The notes beneath the pieces are model-generated. The model saw only the letters and a program-made list of their open reading frames with translations. It had not been told where the DNA came from and searched no databases. A program made the translations under genes and the position numbers. This document shows positions 21,050 through 29,855 of a stretch of 64,000 nucleotides of DNA, piece after piece. The first letter of the stretch is position 1, and each line of letters starts with the position of its first letter. Source of the DNA: Candidatus Latescibacterota bacterium (GTDB lineage Bacteria > Latescibacterota > UBA2968); assembly GCA_965204375.1 (NCBI GenBank), contig OZ241986.1, forward strand, positions 3,808,001 to 3,872,000, written 5' to 3'.

Positions 21050-21867
21050 TCCACACACGCCTTGAGCTTTGCCAGCCCCTCTTCTGCTGCCACAACAGAA
21101 CCCTTTGCCCAATAACTCGGGTTAAACAACTCCAGAGACAACATCCCCTCATACCCCGCATTTTCAAACCCCGCCACAATTTCTGCCCAGGGTGCCAAAC
21201 CATCCCCTGGATAAACCCGATCCGCATCTGTTATGGTATCCCTCCCGGGCGAAGCCGGATAATCATTCACATGCACCAACCCCAACTTATCCGGACCCAG
21301 ATGCTCCAGCCCGTGAAAATGTCCACTCCCTTTATACATATGATACACATCCGCCAGCAGCACGGTATCTGGCCGCCCGCATTCAGCCGCCACCAACAAA
21401 GCCTCGCCCAGCGTACCCAGAGTCTGCGCAATACCCCAAAACTCCAGCAAAGGCTTCGCCCGAAACCCGGCAACCTCATCCATCAACTCACCGTAGCGAC
21501 GCGCCACAGAAAACAAATCCACATCCCGGTCTCGAATCCCAAAAGGCGGTGCCGCGACATACGTGCAATTGAGCGCATCGGCCATCTCAAAACAGCGACG
21601 CGCCTCTTCAAGCCCCTTTGCCCGCTCCTCATCCTCTGGCACCGACCACTCAAAAAACGCGATCAGATTGACAATCTGAATCCCCCTATCCACTGCCCTA
21701 TCGCGTATATCAGACAGCGACCCACCCCCCGCAACCCACTCATCAATTTCTGCCACCCACGGCTCGATCCCCTCATAACCCGCATCCGCCGCAATATCGA
21801 TGGCATCAACCACAGAAACACCCTCATTGCGAATCGTGCTCGTATTCAAACAATACGAAAAACCCAT
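21046..21867 (-). CDS. Sugar phosphate isomerase/epimerase (xylose isomerase-like TIM barrel)
   Basis: AGYEGIE, LEF, DVYH, HVND, RVYPGDG, SLELF metal-binding pattern. Confidence 0.9.
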   Translation of the reverse strand: MGFSYCLNTSTIRNEGVSVVDAIDIAADAGYEGIEPWVAEIDEWVAGGGSLSDIRDRAVDRGIQIVNLIAFFEWSVPEDEERAKGLEEARRCFEMADALNCTYVAAPPFGIRDRDVDLFSVARRYGELMDEVAGFRAKPLLEFWGIAQTLGTLGEALLVAAECGRPDTVLLADVYHMYKGSGHFHGLEHLGPDKLGLVHVNDYPASPGRDTITDADRVYPGDGLAPWAEIVAGFENAGYEGMLSLELFNPSYWAKGSVVAAEEGLAKLKACVE

Positions 21868-21986
21868 TTTTATTTTTCCTCCTCACACAAAGACACGAAG
21901 AAAAGTGAGACACGAGACACACCTATTCCCCGTTCCGTATATTCATCTGCGTTCCATCTGCGTCCATCTGCGGATTCGTCTGTTTC

Positions 21987-23375
21987 CTATATACTCGGCA
22001 AAGGTGCCGTATCACCCGTCTCGTGCTGCCACAAGCGAATCGCCTCCGCCATATTGCGAACGCGATCCCGGTGCTCGGGCGCATCGAACAAATTATTCTC
22101 CTCAAAAGGATCGGTATTCAAATCGAACAACTCGCACTGATCGCCTGCACACAAATTCAACTTCCACCGGTCACCCGTCACAACACAACGCCACGGCAGC
22201 GTCGCCACCAAATTGATATCGGGATTCCCCAAATTGCGGTCGCCAATCCCATTCCACTCCATAAACGCCATGTGCGCCTTCAAATCGCGCTCACCCGTCA
22301 ACGCACCTGCCACACTCTCACCCTGACACTGGTCCGGAATCGGCAGCCCTGCCAGATCCAAAAGCGTCGGAACCAGATCCGCGTGACCAAACACCCCATC
22401 CACCCGCGTCTGTTCCGCACTCAACCACGGCACATGCATCAAAAACGGAACGCGCGCCGACTCTTCGTAAAACGCCCGCTTCTCCCACATGCGATGATCG
22501 CCCGCCATCTCGCCGTGGTCACTCGTAAACACAAAAATCGTATTCTCCATCTGACCCGTCTCATCCAGCGCCTGCACCATCCTGCCAATGGCGTCATCTA
22601 CAATTTTCACATTGCCCAAATACTGCGCCCGCAACTTCCGCCAGTTCTCATCCCGCGTCATATCTTCCGCCACAACCCGCGCATCCGTGGTATTGCGATA
22701 AAAATCCGAACGCACGCGGTTAAACAGCGAATGCCCCTCTGGATGCTTCAAAAACGTCGGTCCCACCGGAATCTCCTCGGGATCGTACAACCCATCATAA
22801 GGTCCCCGATAAGGCGGATGCGGCTCAAACGTACTGGCAACGAGCAGCCAGGGACGCCCCGTATTCTCGCGAATAAACCGCTCTGACTCTGCGCCCACAT
22901 AAGCCCCAATCTGTGCGGATGCCGGCATCTCTGCGCGTTGTTGGGGCGTAAACCTGTTCGGCACATCCGGCACAAAACCCTGATCCAACACCCACTGGTG
23001 GTATCCACACCCATCCGCAATACTGCACCACTCGTCAAACCCGTGCTGACAATTGCCATCATCTCCCAAATGCCACTTGCCCACATACCCCTTGCGGTAC
23101 GTATCGGGCATCATCTCCGCAATAGATAATGTCTCCTCCCTCAGCGGAATCCCATTGACCACACACCCATGCGAATGCGGATAAAGCCCGGTAATCAGCG
23201 ACCCCCGCGCCGGCGTACAAACCGCCTGCGTCACATAGGCATTCTCAAAAACAAAACTGCGCTCAGCCAGCGCGTCGTGATGCGGCGACTGAATCCACTC
23301 ATTGCCATAACACGCCATCGTATCCGTGCGTTGCTGATCCGTAATAATAACTACTATATTCGGTTGTCGGGACAC
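21987..23375 (-). CDS. Cys-type sulfatase
   Basis: PNIVVIITDQQR, CTPARGSLITG, GKWHLG, SDHG; AAGGAGG RBS. Confidence 0.95.
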   Translation of the reverse strand: MSRQPNIVVIITDQQRTDTMACYGNEWIQSPHHDALAERSFVFENAYVTQAVCTPARGSLITGLYPHSHGCVVNGIPLREETLSIAEMMPDTYRKGYVGKWHLGDDGNCQHGFDEWCSIADGCGYHQWVLDQGFVPDVPNRFTPQQRAEMPASAQIGAYVGAESERFIRENTGRPWLLVASTFEPHPPYRGPYDGLYDPEEIPVGPTFLKHPEGHSLFNRVRSDFYRNTTDARVVAEDMTRDENWRKLRAQYLGNVKIVDDAIGRMVQALDETGQMENTIFVFTSDHGEMAGDHRMWEKRAFYEESARVPFLMHVPWLSAEQTRVDGVFGHADLVPTLLDLAGLPIPDQCQGESVAGALTGERDLKAHMAFMEWNGIGDRNLGNPDINLVATLPWRCVVTGDRWKLNLCAGDQCELFDLNTDPFEENNLFDAPEHRDRVRNMAEAIRLWQHETGDTAPLPSI

Positions 23376-23388
23376 TGCGAGTCCTCCT

Positions 23389-23598
23389 TTGTCTGAATCA
23401 GGATTTTCAGGATTTTAGGATGGACAGGATACCCCCTGCCACATCACACTAATGTCTGAATCAGAATTTTCAGGATTTTAGGATGAACAGGATACCCCCC
23501 GCCACACCCCAACAAAAATGCTAAACCCATACGGCAGGATGAAAGGATGAGCAAGATGCCCCCCAACACAACCCACCAAAACTGCCAAACACATCCTG
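23389..23598 (+). repeat. GTCTGAATCAGGAT element: two left-arm copies plus a degenerate third
   Basis: gtctgaatcag(g/a)attttcaggattttaggatg at 23391 and 23454; third copy 23535-23598 ends at catcctg abutting the GxxExxY stop. Confidence 0.9.
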
Positions 23599-23985
23599 TT
23601 AGTTTCGATTTAAGTGCTTTTTGTCATTGAATATTCGTTTGTATTCCAGACTTTTTGCTCCGAAGTTGATTAAAAGGCCGACTTCAAAATCATAAGCTAC
23701 CACATAGTTCTTTGCCTGCGCCAGATGAACCTCCTCCAGAGCGGTTAAGGCTTTTAATTCGACAACGATGCAATTGGCGACGATAAAATCGGCTCTTCTT
23801 ATTCCGACTTCAATACCGTCATAAAAAATGGGTTGTTCTACCTCCCGCCCAAAATCCATCCCTGCCCGTTCTAACTCAATCGCAAGACACCTCTGATAAA
23901 TTACTTCCTGAAATCCACTTCCAAGTGTGTTGTGTACTTTCATCGCGCAACCGATAATTTTGTACGTCAAATCATCACTTATCAC
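23599..23985 (-). CDS. GxxExxY family protein (PD-(D/E)xK fold)
   Basis: LGSGFQEVIYQ, RRADFIV..VELKA, GLLINFG. Confidence 0.95.
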   Translation of the reverse strand: MISDDLTYKIIGCAMKVHNTLGSGFQEVIYQRCLAIELERAGMDFGREVEQPIFYDGIEVGIRRADFIVANCIVVELKALTALEEVHLAQAKNYVVAYDFEVGLLINFGAKSLEYKRIFNDKKHLNRN

Positions 23986-24001
23986 TCTGGCTATCCTCTT
24001 C

Positions 24002-24085
24002 TTGTCTGAATCAGGATTTTCAGGATTTTAGGATGGGCAGGATACCCCGCCACACCCCACCAAAACTGCCAAAACCATCCTGATG
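24002..24085 (+). repeat. GTCTGAATCAGGAT element, left arm + spacer
   Basis: ttgtctgaatcaggattttcaggattttaggatgggcaggatacccc...catcctgatg. Confidence 0.92.
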
Positions 24086-24127
24086 ATGTATGCGTAACGT
24101 CAATAAATAAAAAGGGATAAATTAAAC

Positions 24128-24158
24128 TTGTATCAATATGCTAAATTTAGCATATTAT
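24128..24158 (+). promoter_or_regulatory. Promoter region with a perfect 22-bp palindromic operator
   Basis: AATATGCTAAATTTAGCATATT at 24135-24156, between TTGTAT and TATTAT, upstream of the HTH gene. Confidence 0.7.
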
Positions 24159-24201
24159 CTATTATGAACACGAAGCCACACAAACCATAGGAAAACAGAA
24201 C

Positions 24202-24552
24202 ATGAACAAAAAAGCAAACTACACAGTCGGGTCGGGCAACGTATTCAAAGACCTGGGATTTGACCGCCCAGAAGAAGAATTGGCAAAATCAGATCTGGCA
24301 ATTCAAATTACTAAAATCATTGAGCAAAAAGGTTGGACGCAAAAAAAAGCCGCAGGTGTTCTTGGCATCGACCAACCCAAAGTATCCGCGCTCAAGAATG
24401 GAAGATTAGGCGGATTTTCTATCGAGCGTCTATTGTCCTTCTTGCGGGCATTGGACCGGGACATCGACATCGTCGTACGTCCGAAAACCGAGGATGTAGC
24501 GCACATCCAGGTCGCAGAAGCAATCAATCGTCCCAGGTATGTCACGAGGTAA
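24202..24552 (+). CDS. XRE/HigA-like HTH antitoxin (orphan)
   Basis: GSGNVFKDLG, TQKKAAGVLGIDQPKVSALKNG...FSIERL. Confidence 0.9.
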   Translation: MNKKANYTVGSGNVFKDLGFDRPEEELAKSDLAIQITKIIEQKGWTQKKAAGVLGIDQPKVSALKNGRLGGFSIERLLSFLRALDRDIDIVVRPKTEDVAHIQVAEAINRPRYVTR

Positions 24553-24570
24553 AAAAGCCCCTCTACCCCC

Positions 24571-24658
24571 TTGTCTGAATCAGGATTTTCAGGATTTTAG
24601 GATGAACAGGATACCCCCCGCCACACCCCGCCAAGCGTGCCAAACCTTCGTCCTGATG
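24571..24658 (+). repeat. GTCTGAATCAGGAT element, left arm + spacer
   Basis: Near-identical to 24002-24085 and ends at the same tcctgatg point. Confidence 0.92.
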
Positions 24659-24670
24659 TTGTGTCTATGT

Positions 24671-24705
24671 AAAAAAAGACCTCGCAAAAATCAGGCGAGA
24701 TCTTT
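24671..24705 (-). terminator. Rho-independent terminator closing the island operon
   Basis: Minus strand AAAGATCTCGC-loop-GCGAGGTCTTT followed by a T run. Confidence 0.65.
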
Positions 24706-24753
24706 CGATTCTGTATATTTACGCATTCCCAAAAAAGACGATAACGATTTAAT

Positions 24754-25113
24754 TCAACTTTGACATTTGCATAATTTTGCTATTCGGCTACTCAAAGGCA
24801 TCTCCGATAGCTCCAGATTAGCCAGTGTGGAGAGATACTCGTCAGCAAAAGGCGTGTTAAAAGGCTCCAGAGCAACTGCTACCAACGATAATGTCATATC
24901 ATAGGAAAACTTTTCACCAGACACAAATTCTGCCATTAAACTCTGTATATAGCTCCGCAATTCTACCTCGGATAAATTCCCACTCCAATATGCATCTTGA
25001 AGGCGCCTGCACTCTTTGGTCCGTACAAGAATATATCGCATTGCTTTGGGTGGCATTTCATAGCCGATAGAAAAAATGAAGTCATCAGACTTTATTTTTT
25101 GAAGTACACTCAT
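24754..25113 (-). CDS. Hypothetical protein
   Basis: GGAG RBS before ATG 25113; AT-rich ORF at the end of the operon, followed by a terminator. Confidence 0.6.
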   Translation of the reverse strand: MSVLQKIKSDDFIFSIGYEMPPKAMRYILVRTKECRRLQDAYWSGNLSEVELRSYIQSLMAEFVSGEKFSYDMTLSLVAVALEPFNTPFADEYLSTLANLELSEMPLSSRIAKLCKCQS

Positions 25114-25173
25114 CGGAATACTCCGCAATTTGACCAATTCACTTCTGTAGATCAAACACAAAACAGATTATGT

Positions 25174-25869
25174 TTACCTGTTCCCCAGTGCAATGTCACG
25201 AATCATCTGTGGATTGCATCTGACTTTTTCAAAAACCTGCAATCCTTCACGACACACGGTCTCACACAATTTTTTGAACAATAATCCTTTGAGGTTATAA
25301 TTGTTGGCTCCCTCAATTTCATTTGCTAACTCAGTTCCTGCTAAAACGCCGTGGACATTACGGAAATCAGGAATCAAACACCTATAGCTTTTGCCAGGCA
25401 GAAAAATCTGAGTAACTGTATCTGGAACCTGAAAAGGGAGTTGTAGAGCTTGAACGTATTCTTTGCCTAATAAAAAGAATACGAGTTTATAGTTCGCGAT
25501 TAATGTCTCTACCCGTTCATGGATTTGAAGGCTATCGCTACGCGCTAAAGGCTTCCTTTCCTTCGGCCCTGTGAATGTAACATTGTAAGGAACAATAACA
25601 TCGCATTCACGAAGCAGTCCGTACCCGGCTGAAATAATGTGCAAATCGACAACTGCCTGTCCATAAATCTCCCGAATTTGTTCTAATCCTTCCATCAAGT
25701 ATCGATGTTGTTGACCTGTGTACATTTCTGCGGCAGGTGCTTTGTAAGCACTCAGTTCTTCCGTTCGCCGGCGAAGGCGTTCACACGAACTGAAATCTTC
25801 CTGCTGGAGTTGGTTTGCAGGTTTACATTTTTTGTCGCCAGTGCAAGAGCCAATTACCAATATCTTCAC
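25174..25869 (-). CDS. DUF6884/YaaA-like protein
   Basis: ILVIGSCTGDK, PAAEMYTGQQH, HIISAGYGLL..VIVPYN.TF. Confidence 0.65.
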   Translation of the reverse strand: MKILVIGSCTGDKKCKPANQLQQEDFSSCERLRRRTEELSAYKAPAAEMYTGQQHRYLMEGLEQIREIYGQAVVDLHIISAGYGLLRECDVIVPYNVTFTGPKERKPLARSDSLQIHERVETLIANYKLVFFLLGKEYVQALQLPFQVPDTVTQIFLPGKSYRCLIPDFRNVHGVLAGTELANEIEGANNYNLKGLLFKKLCETVCREGLQVFEKVRCNPQMIRDIALGNR

Positions 25870-26024
25870 TATGCCCCCCGTTGTTTTCGAACTTTCAATA
25901 ATGTATTTCGCAACTCAAACTCTGGCTCAAGGCGATCATATTCTGCTTTTACATCCGGATTGTTTGCCAACGCTTCTTCTATATCGAGTGGGATCGGATC
26001 GAATTTATGGACGGTTCTTTTCAT
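25869..26024 (-). pseudogene. Truncated XRE antitoxin N-terminus (HTH lost)
   Basis: Not in the ORF track: MKRTVHKFDPIPLDIEEALANNPDVKAEYDRLEPEFELRNTLLKVRKQRGA*; stops where the HTH would begin. Confidence 0.65.
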
Positions 26025-26180
26025 AATTGATATATTCAGCCTCTCTCCGGCATAAGGAAAGTGCCCAAATCAAGATACTCTCGAAAAAATAGATATCAAG
26101 GGGAAATTCTCCAATGCAGGAAGATCAGTAGAGGTCTATAATCTTCTATTATTTTGGATCAGATTCCCGGCTGGCGTGTA

Positions 26181-26858
26181 CTATTCCTCTGTCACATTAT
26201 CCAATTCCTGTAACAGCTCCCCATCAATCAAATCAATCAATTCCTGCACCGTCTCAACAGTGAGTTGCGACGACTGAAAACCATGAGCAATCGCATTTCG
26301 CGTTTGCTGTATATGTTTGAGAGCATGATATGTTTCTCGCGCAATGATCCCTTCAAAGGTCATTTGCTTAAGCAAATAATCGGGCGTTGCAGTCTCTCCC
26401 TCTATTCCCTCTTTCACCGCCAGGACCCTCAAAGTCGCTTCCACCAAAGACCACCCCATGAGAAATGCAGCCTCTAAATGCCCGTTTTCCACAAATAGAG
26501 CCACTTCTACAATTTTTGAACGAATTTCTTCGACAGTAAATAGCGAAGCTCCATTCACAAAAAATGAATTTTCTGGCCCTAATAAAAACAACTCAAATTT
26601 CCAGTCAGCCTCATTTCTGACAACTTTTGCCAATTCATTTACTTGAGGAAAATCAGAGACCTGTCCACGCACTCTTACTTCGACCACAATATGCTCATCG
26701 CCTTTATGTGCAATCAAATCTGGCCGAAATGTCTGCAAAAAATCAGGCAATTGATCGCCCTGGGGTTCAATCAACACATCATAGCCCTTGTCGCGATATA
26801 CTTGCCCAACATTCTGAACGCGCAGACTTTCGTTTTCACGAGCAGTTAAGTCAGCCAT
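26181..26858 (-). CDS. REase_AHJR-like restriction-endonuclease-fold domain plus HEPN-like C-terminus
   Basis: YRDKGYDV, RPDLIAHK...VVEVR; EAAFLMGWSLVEA; RNAIAH (Rx4H). Confidence 0.7.
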   Translation of the reverse strand: MADLTARENESLRVQNVGQVYRDKGYDVLIEPQGDQLPDFLQTFRPDLIAHKGDEHIVVEVRVRGQVSDFPQVNELAKVVRNEADWKFELFLLGPENSFFVNGASLFTVEEIRSKIVEVALFVENGHLEAAFLMGWSLVEATLRVLAVKEGIEGETATPDYLLKQMTFEGIIARETYHALKHIQQTRNAIAHGFQSSQLTVETVQELIDLIDGELLQELDNVTEE

Positions 26859-27330
26859 TGAACACCTCTTCCTTTATTCGGCGTTTCATATTTTGGAAAG
26901 ATCGATATTCTTCAGGCTTAACATACCGCCAGGACTGTGGAACTGAAAAATTCGAGAACCGATTTCTCAGCTTGCTCAAATCAGCCGGATTTTCATATTC
27001 CCAAACGTCCGTAACTTGCAGAGCATAAGCAATTTCACGCCCTTCATAATAGGTATCAAAACTCTGCTTATCGACGCCAGCAATTTCCGATACCTCGTTC
27101 CACACTTCCTGGGGCGAACCCTGCCACACATGTCCCACGCGGAAGCCGCCGCGAAGTTGCTTGACTGGGCTTGACACGTAAATAAATGCATCACAGCCCT
27201 CTATACCGGAAGCTATACGCCTTCGCAACTCGGCTTTTTTGCGACCTGCAAAAATCAAGTCTGCATAATAAGGTTTCAGAGACAAAAGTAAAGGTTGTGT
27301 TGTTTTGTTCATGGCTGATTCGTATTCCAC
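26851..27330 (-). CDS. ASCH/PUA-like domain protein
   Basis: LLSLKPYYADLIFAGRKKAELRR, IYVSSP, PQSWRY; alternative ATG at 27312. Confidence 0.88.
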   Translation of the reverse strand: MEYESAMNKTTQPLLLSLKPYYADLIFAGRKKAELRRRIASGIEGCDAFIYVSSPVKQLRGGFRVGHVWQGSPQEVWNEVSEIAGVDKQSFDTYYEGREIAYALQVTDVWEYENPADLSKLRNRFSNFSVPQSWRYVKPEEYRSFQNMKRRIKEEVFNG

Positions 27331-29855
27331 TAAATATCTAAAAAACCGTGGCGCCCAGCACGCAAAAGGGTTTCCCGCGCACGCTCCGCATTCTCGCGTA
27401 TGCTGCTCTCATCCTCGCTGTCCAATCCCGCCTTCAGAATCGACTTCGCTTTGTCTGCGTCAATGTAGATGGTATCGTTCTGGTCAATAGCATCCGTCAT
27501 TTTTGCGAAGCATTCAACGACTTTTGCAGTGTGGCTTTCAAGCATTTCGTCCAGTATGTCCAACACGATTGAGATACTCCCGCTATCTATCTGGCTTACA
27601 TCGAGAATTTTGGTGTAAGCATCCAATCGCCAATCCGGGTCAAGACATTCAGCTTCGAGCCATAAGGCGATCTTTTGCAGTTCTTCTGGTTCCCCAACTT
27701 CAAAACGCCAATCAAAGAAAGTGGTTATACGGTCTATCAAGCGTTGTGTCAGATGCTCATCACTATTTTTCACAAACCATCCGACATAACTGGATAAGGT
27801 CGCCCGTCGTTGCGGGTCGTTCTTGGTCTTCTCGTAGAATTTTTCCAGCAGACTATCTTTTCCCCGGAGTGGATAGACTTCCCAAAAATAATAAGTAAAA
27901 AGATGTTCGCCCAGCGTATCGACTATTTCACCATTCTCAAATTTGGTCAAGTGGTCAAGTGCAAGTGCAAAATCATCTCTCAGAATTTCAAAGGTCGGCT
28001 TGAAAGGTCGATTGAAGTGCAAGAAACTTCCAAATGCTTCTATCCATACAGGTAGATTATCTTGAGGGAAAAAGACCGCTTTGTGTTCGACTGCCCATGC
28101 TTGATTTAGGCCCAAAAGTTGATCGTAATACATGCCCAATAGCGCACGTTCCGGCATCGTAAGGGGATACTCCGCATCGTCCTTAAAACGTTCTTCAAGT
28201 ATTGATGTGACTTCTGGTACCTTGTCCGTATCATCGTGCCTACACACCCATAAACCGAACTTCACAAGGTCTTGCAAAGCGCGACTTCGGGTGCTGTTGA
28301 TCGCCTCGGTAATTGGATCGTTACGATTCAGTAAGGTTGGCTCATCAAGATCTAATTGCCTGTCAAATTGTGTGCATAGCAATCTGAGAATATTTGCCAG
28401 TGATTCCCGTGCAGTGAAAGGGACATTCATATTCTTTTTCATACACTCACCAATAAAATCTCCCACTGTTCGCCGCGAACTCCCCCAGTCTGGATATTCT
28501 CGCGACGCATCGCTTTCTGCGTTTTCCGCAATGTCGGGATGCGATAGCACCCACTCACAGAATTCAAACCATAGATCAACTTGCTCATAATGTTGCTCTT
28601 TTACATGCTCTTGAATCGCCTGGACAATTGCTCTGATGTAAATGGGACGCTCTATCCGCTCGCGGTTCTCCATCCAAAATGTCAACCGTTCCTCATCGGG
28701 AATGATCGTATCTTTGAATACTGTTTGAAATGCACCTACCAATGATCCAATATTGATTTCAACCAGCCAGTCGTCCTTGTCAATTTGTTCTTCTTGCCAT
28801 TCGTTGATGTATGCGAGCAGTTCCTCGTCGCCAAGCTTTGCCAGATCTTCGGGCGAACTTGGGCTACGGTAAGAGACCATCCCGCTCTGAAATAGTGAAT
28901 AGTCTTCATCGGAAAGGGGCTTTTCCTCGGCGTTTTCCAATTCTTGGAAATAAGTTTGATATTCTCCAGTCAGTAAGCGTGCGAAGGGGCGAAGTTGCTT
29001 TCTGTGAAAATTTCGCTGGTATTCCTGGAATCCCTCCTCAGTAAATTGGTCGCCCATTCTTTCGCGGGAGTCTTCTTTTGGAGGGCCGATCAGAATAGCT
29101 TCAAATATCGTTGTTCGTTCTTCTTCATTGAGCAGACGTGTGCCAAAATGCTCGCAAGCCGTGTGGATCATTTGTTGAAATTCGTAGCCATCCATCCATT
29201 TGTCATAGTCTTTATATTCGAGAATAAATTCACGAATCCATGGTAGGGTCTGTTCATTTGGGTTCAGTGCATAGAGGTATTGGCGCAACCGCTTGAATAC
29301 CTTCCATCGCTGATTTCGCAGTGCTTCGTCAAGGGCTTCAACAGACTCTGGTGAGTTTTCGTAAACCTTCTCGCAGGCGAAGGTCAGTGTATGTATCAAT
29401 GTTTCTTTGGTATTCGGGCGTCTCCTATCAGATTGATTTAGCCGAGGACACCAGATTTCCGAGGAGTCTTCATCTCCTTCCTGATTAAGGTCTTCTTGAT
29501 GCTTGCTCAGGCGAATCATACTTGCCGTAGCATTGATCAGAATATTGGCAACCTGATAAGGCGCAATATCAGCCAATGGCCTAACACCCAGCTCTAAAAT
29601 CTGCTGGTATTCCCATTGATCGAAACGAGGCGATGGTTCGAGAGATGTTGTCATATTTTCCCATATTCCAAGACTTGAAGACGGATCAAGGGATATTTCC
29701 CCCAGATTCTCCAATCGACTTGCTTGCTTCTCCTCAGCTTTTGGATCTGGGAGAAAACCGACCAATTTTGTTAAGAACGCAGAGGTGAACTCCGCCAATT
29801 CTCTGTCAAACAGAAACGGTTTCTTAAGTAGTTCAATGATCTTGATATATCTCAT
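27330..29855 (-). CDS. Large acidic, predicted alpha-helical hypothetical protein (841 aa)
   Basis: Long ORF with protein-like composition; ATGA overlap upstream and TAG/GTG overlap downstream; EAINSTR motif; no NTPase motif seen. Confidence 0.8.
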   Translation of the reverse strand: MRYIKIIELLKKPFLFDRELAEFTSAFLTKLVGFLPDPKAEEKQASRLENLGEISLDPSSSLGIWENMTTSLEPSPRFDQWEYQQILELGVRPLADIAPYQVANILINATASMIRLSKHQEDLNQEGDEDSSEIWCPRLNQSDRRRPNTKETLIHTLTFACEKVYENSPESVEALDEALRNQRWKVFKRLRQYLYALNPNEQTLPWIREFILEYKDYDKWMDGYEFQQMIHTACEHFGTRLLNEEERTTIFEAILIGPPKEDSRERMGDQFTEEGFQEYQRNFHRKQLRPFARLLTGEYQTYFQELENAEEKPLSDEDYSLFQSGMVSYRSPSSPEDLAKLGDEELLAYINEWQEEQIDKDDWLVEINIGSLVGAFQTVFKDTIIPDEERLTFWMENRERIERPIYIRAIVQAIQEHVKEQHYEQVDLWFEFCEWVLSHPDIAENAESDASREYPDWGSSRRTVGDFIGECMKKNMNVPFTARESLANILRLLCTQFDRQLDLDEPTLLNRNDPITEAINSTRSRALQDLVKFGLWVCRHDDTDKVPEVTSILEERFKDDAEYPLTMPERALLGMYYDQLLGLNQAWAVEHKAVFFPQDNLPVWIEAFGSFLHFNRPFKPTFEILRDDFALALDHLTKFENGEIVDTLGEHLFTYYFWEVYPLRGKDSLLEKFYEKTKNDPQRRATLSSYVGWFVKNSDEHLTQRLIDRITTFFDWRFEVGEPEELQKIALWLEAECLDPDWRLDAYTKILDVSQIDSGSISIVLDILDEMLESHTAKVVECFAKMTDAIDQNDTIYIDADKAKSILKAGLDSEDESSIRENAERARETLLRAGRHGFLDI

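Noticed and set aside
23389-24658. Recurring ~40-bp repeats as a CRISPR array
   Set aside because: Spacing is irregular (63 bp to over 500 bp), whole genes lie between copies, the unit is internally repetitive, and there are no cas genes.
29852-29854. TGA readthrough or selenocysteine joining the PIN and helical ORFs
   Set aside because: The downstream ORF is in another frame, and in-frame readthrough hits TAA within about 27 codons.
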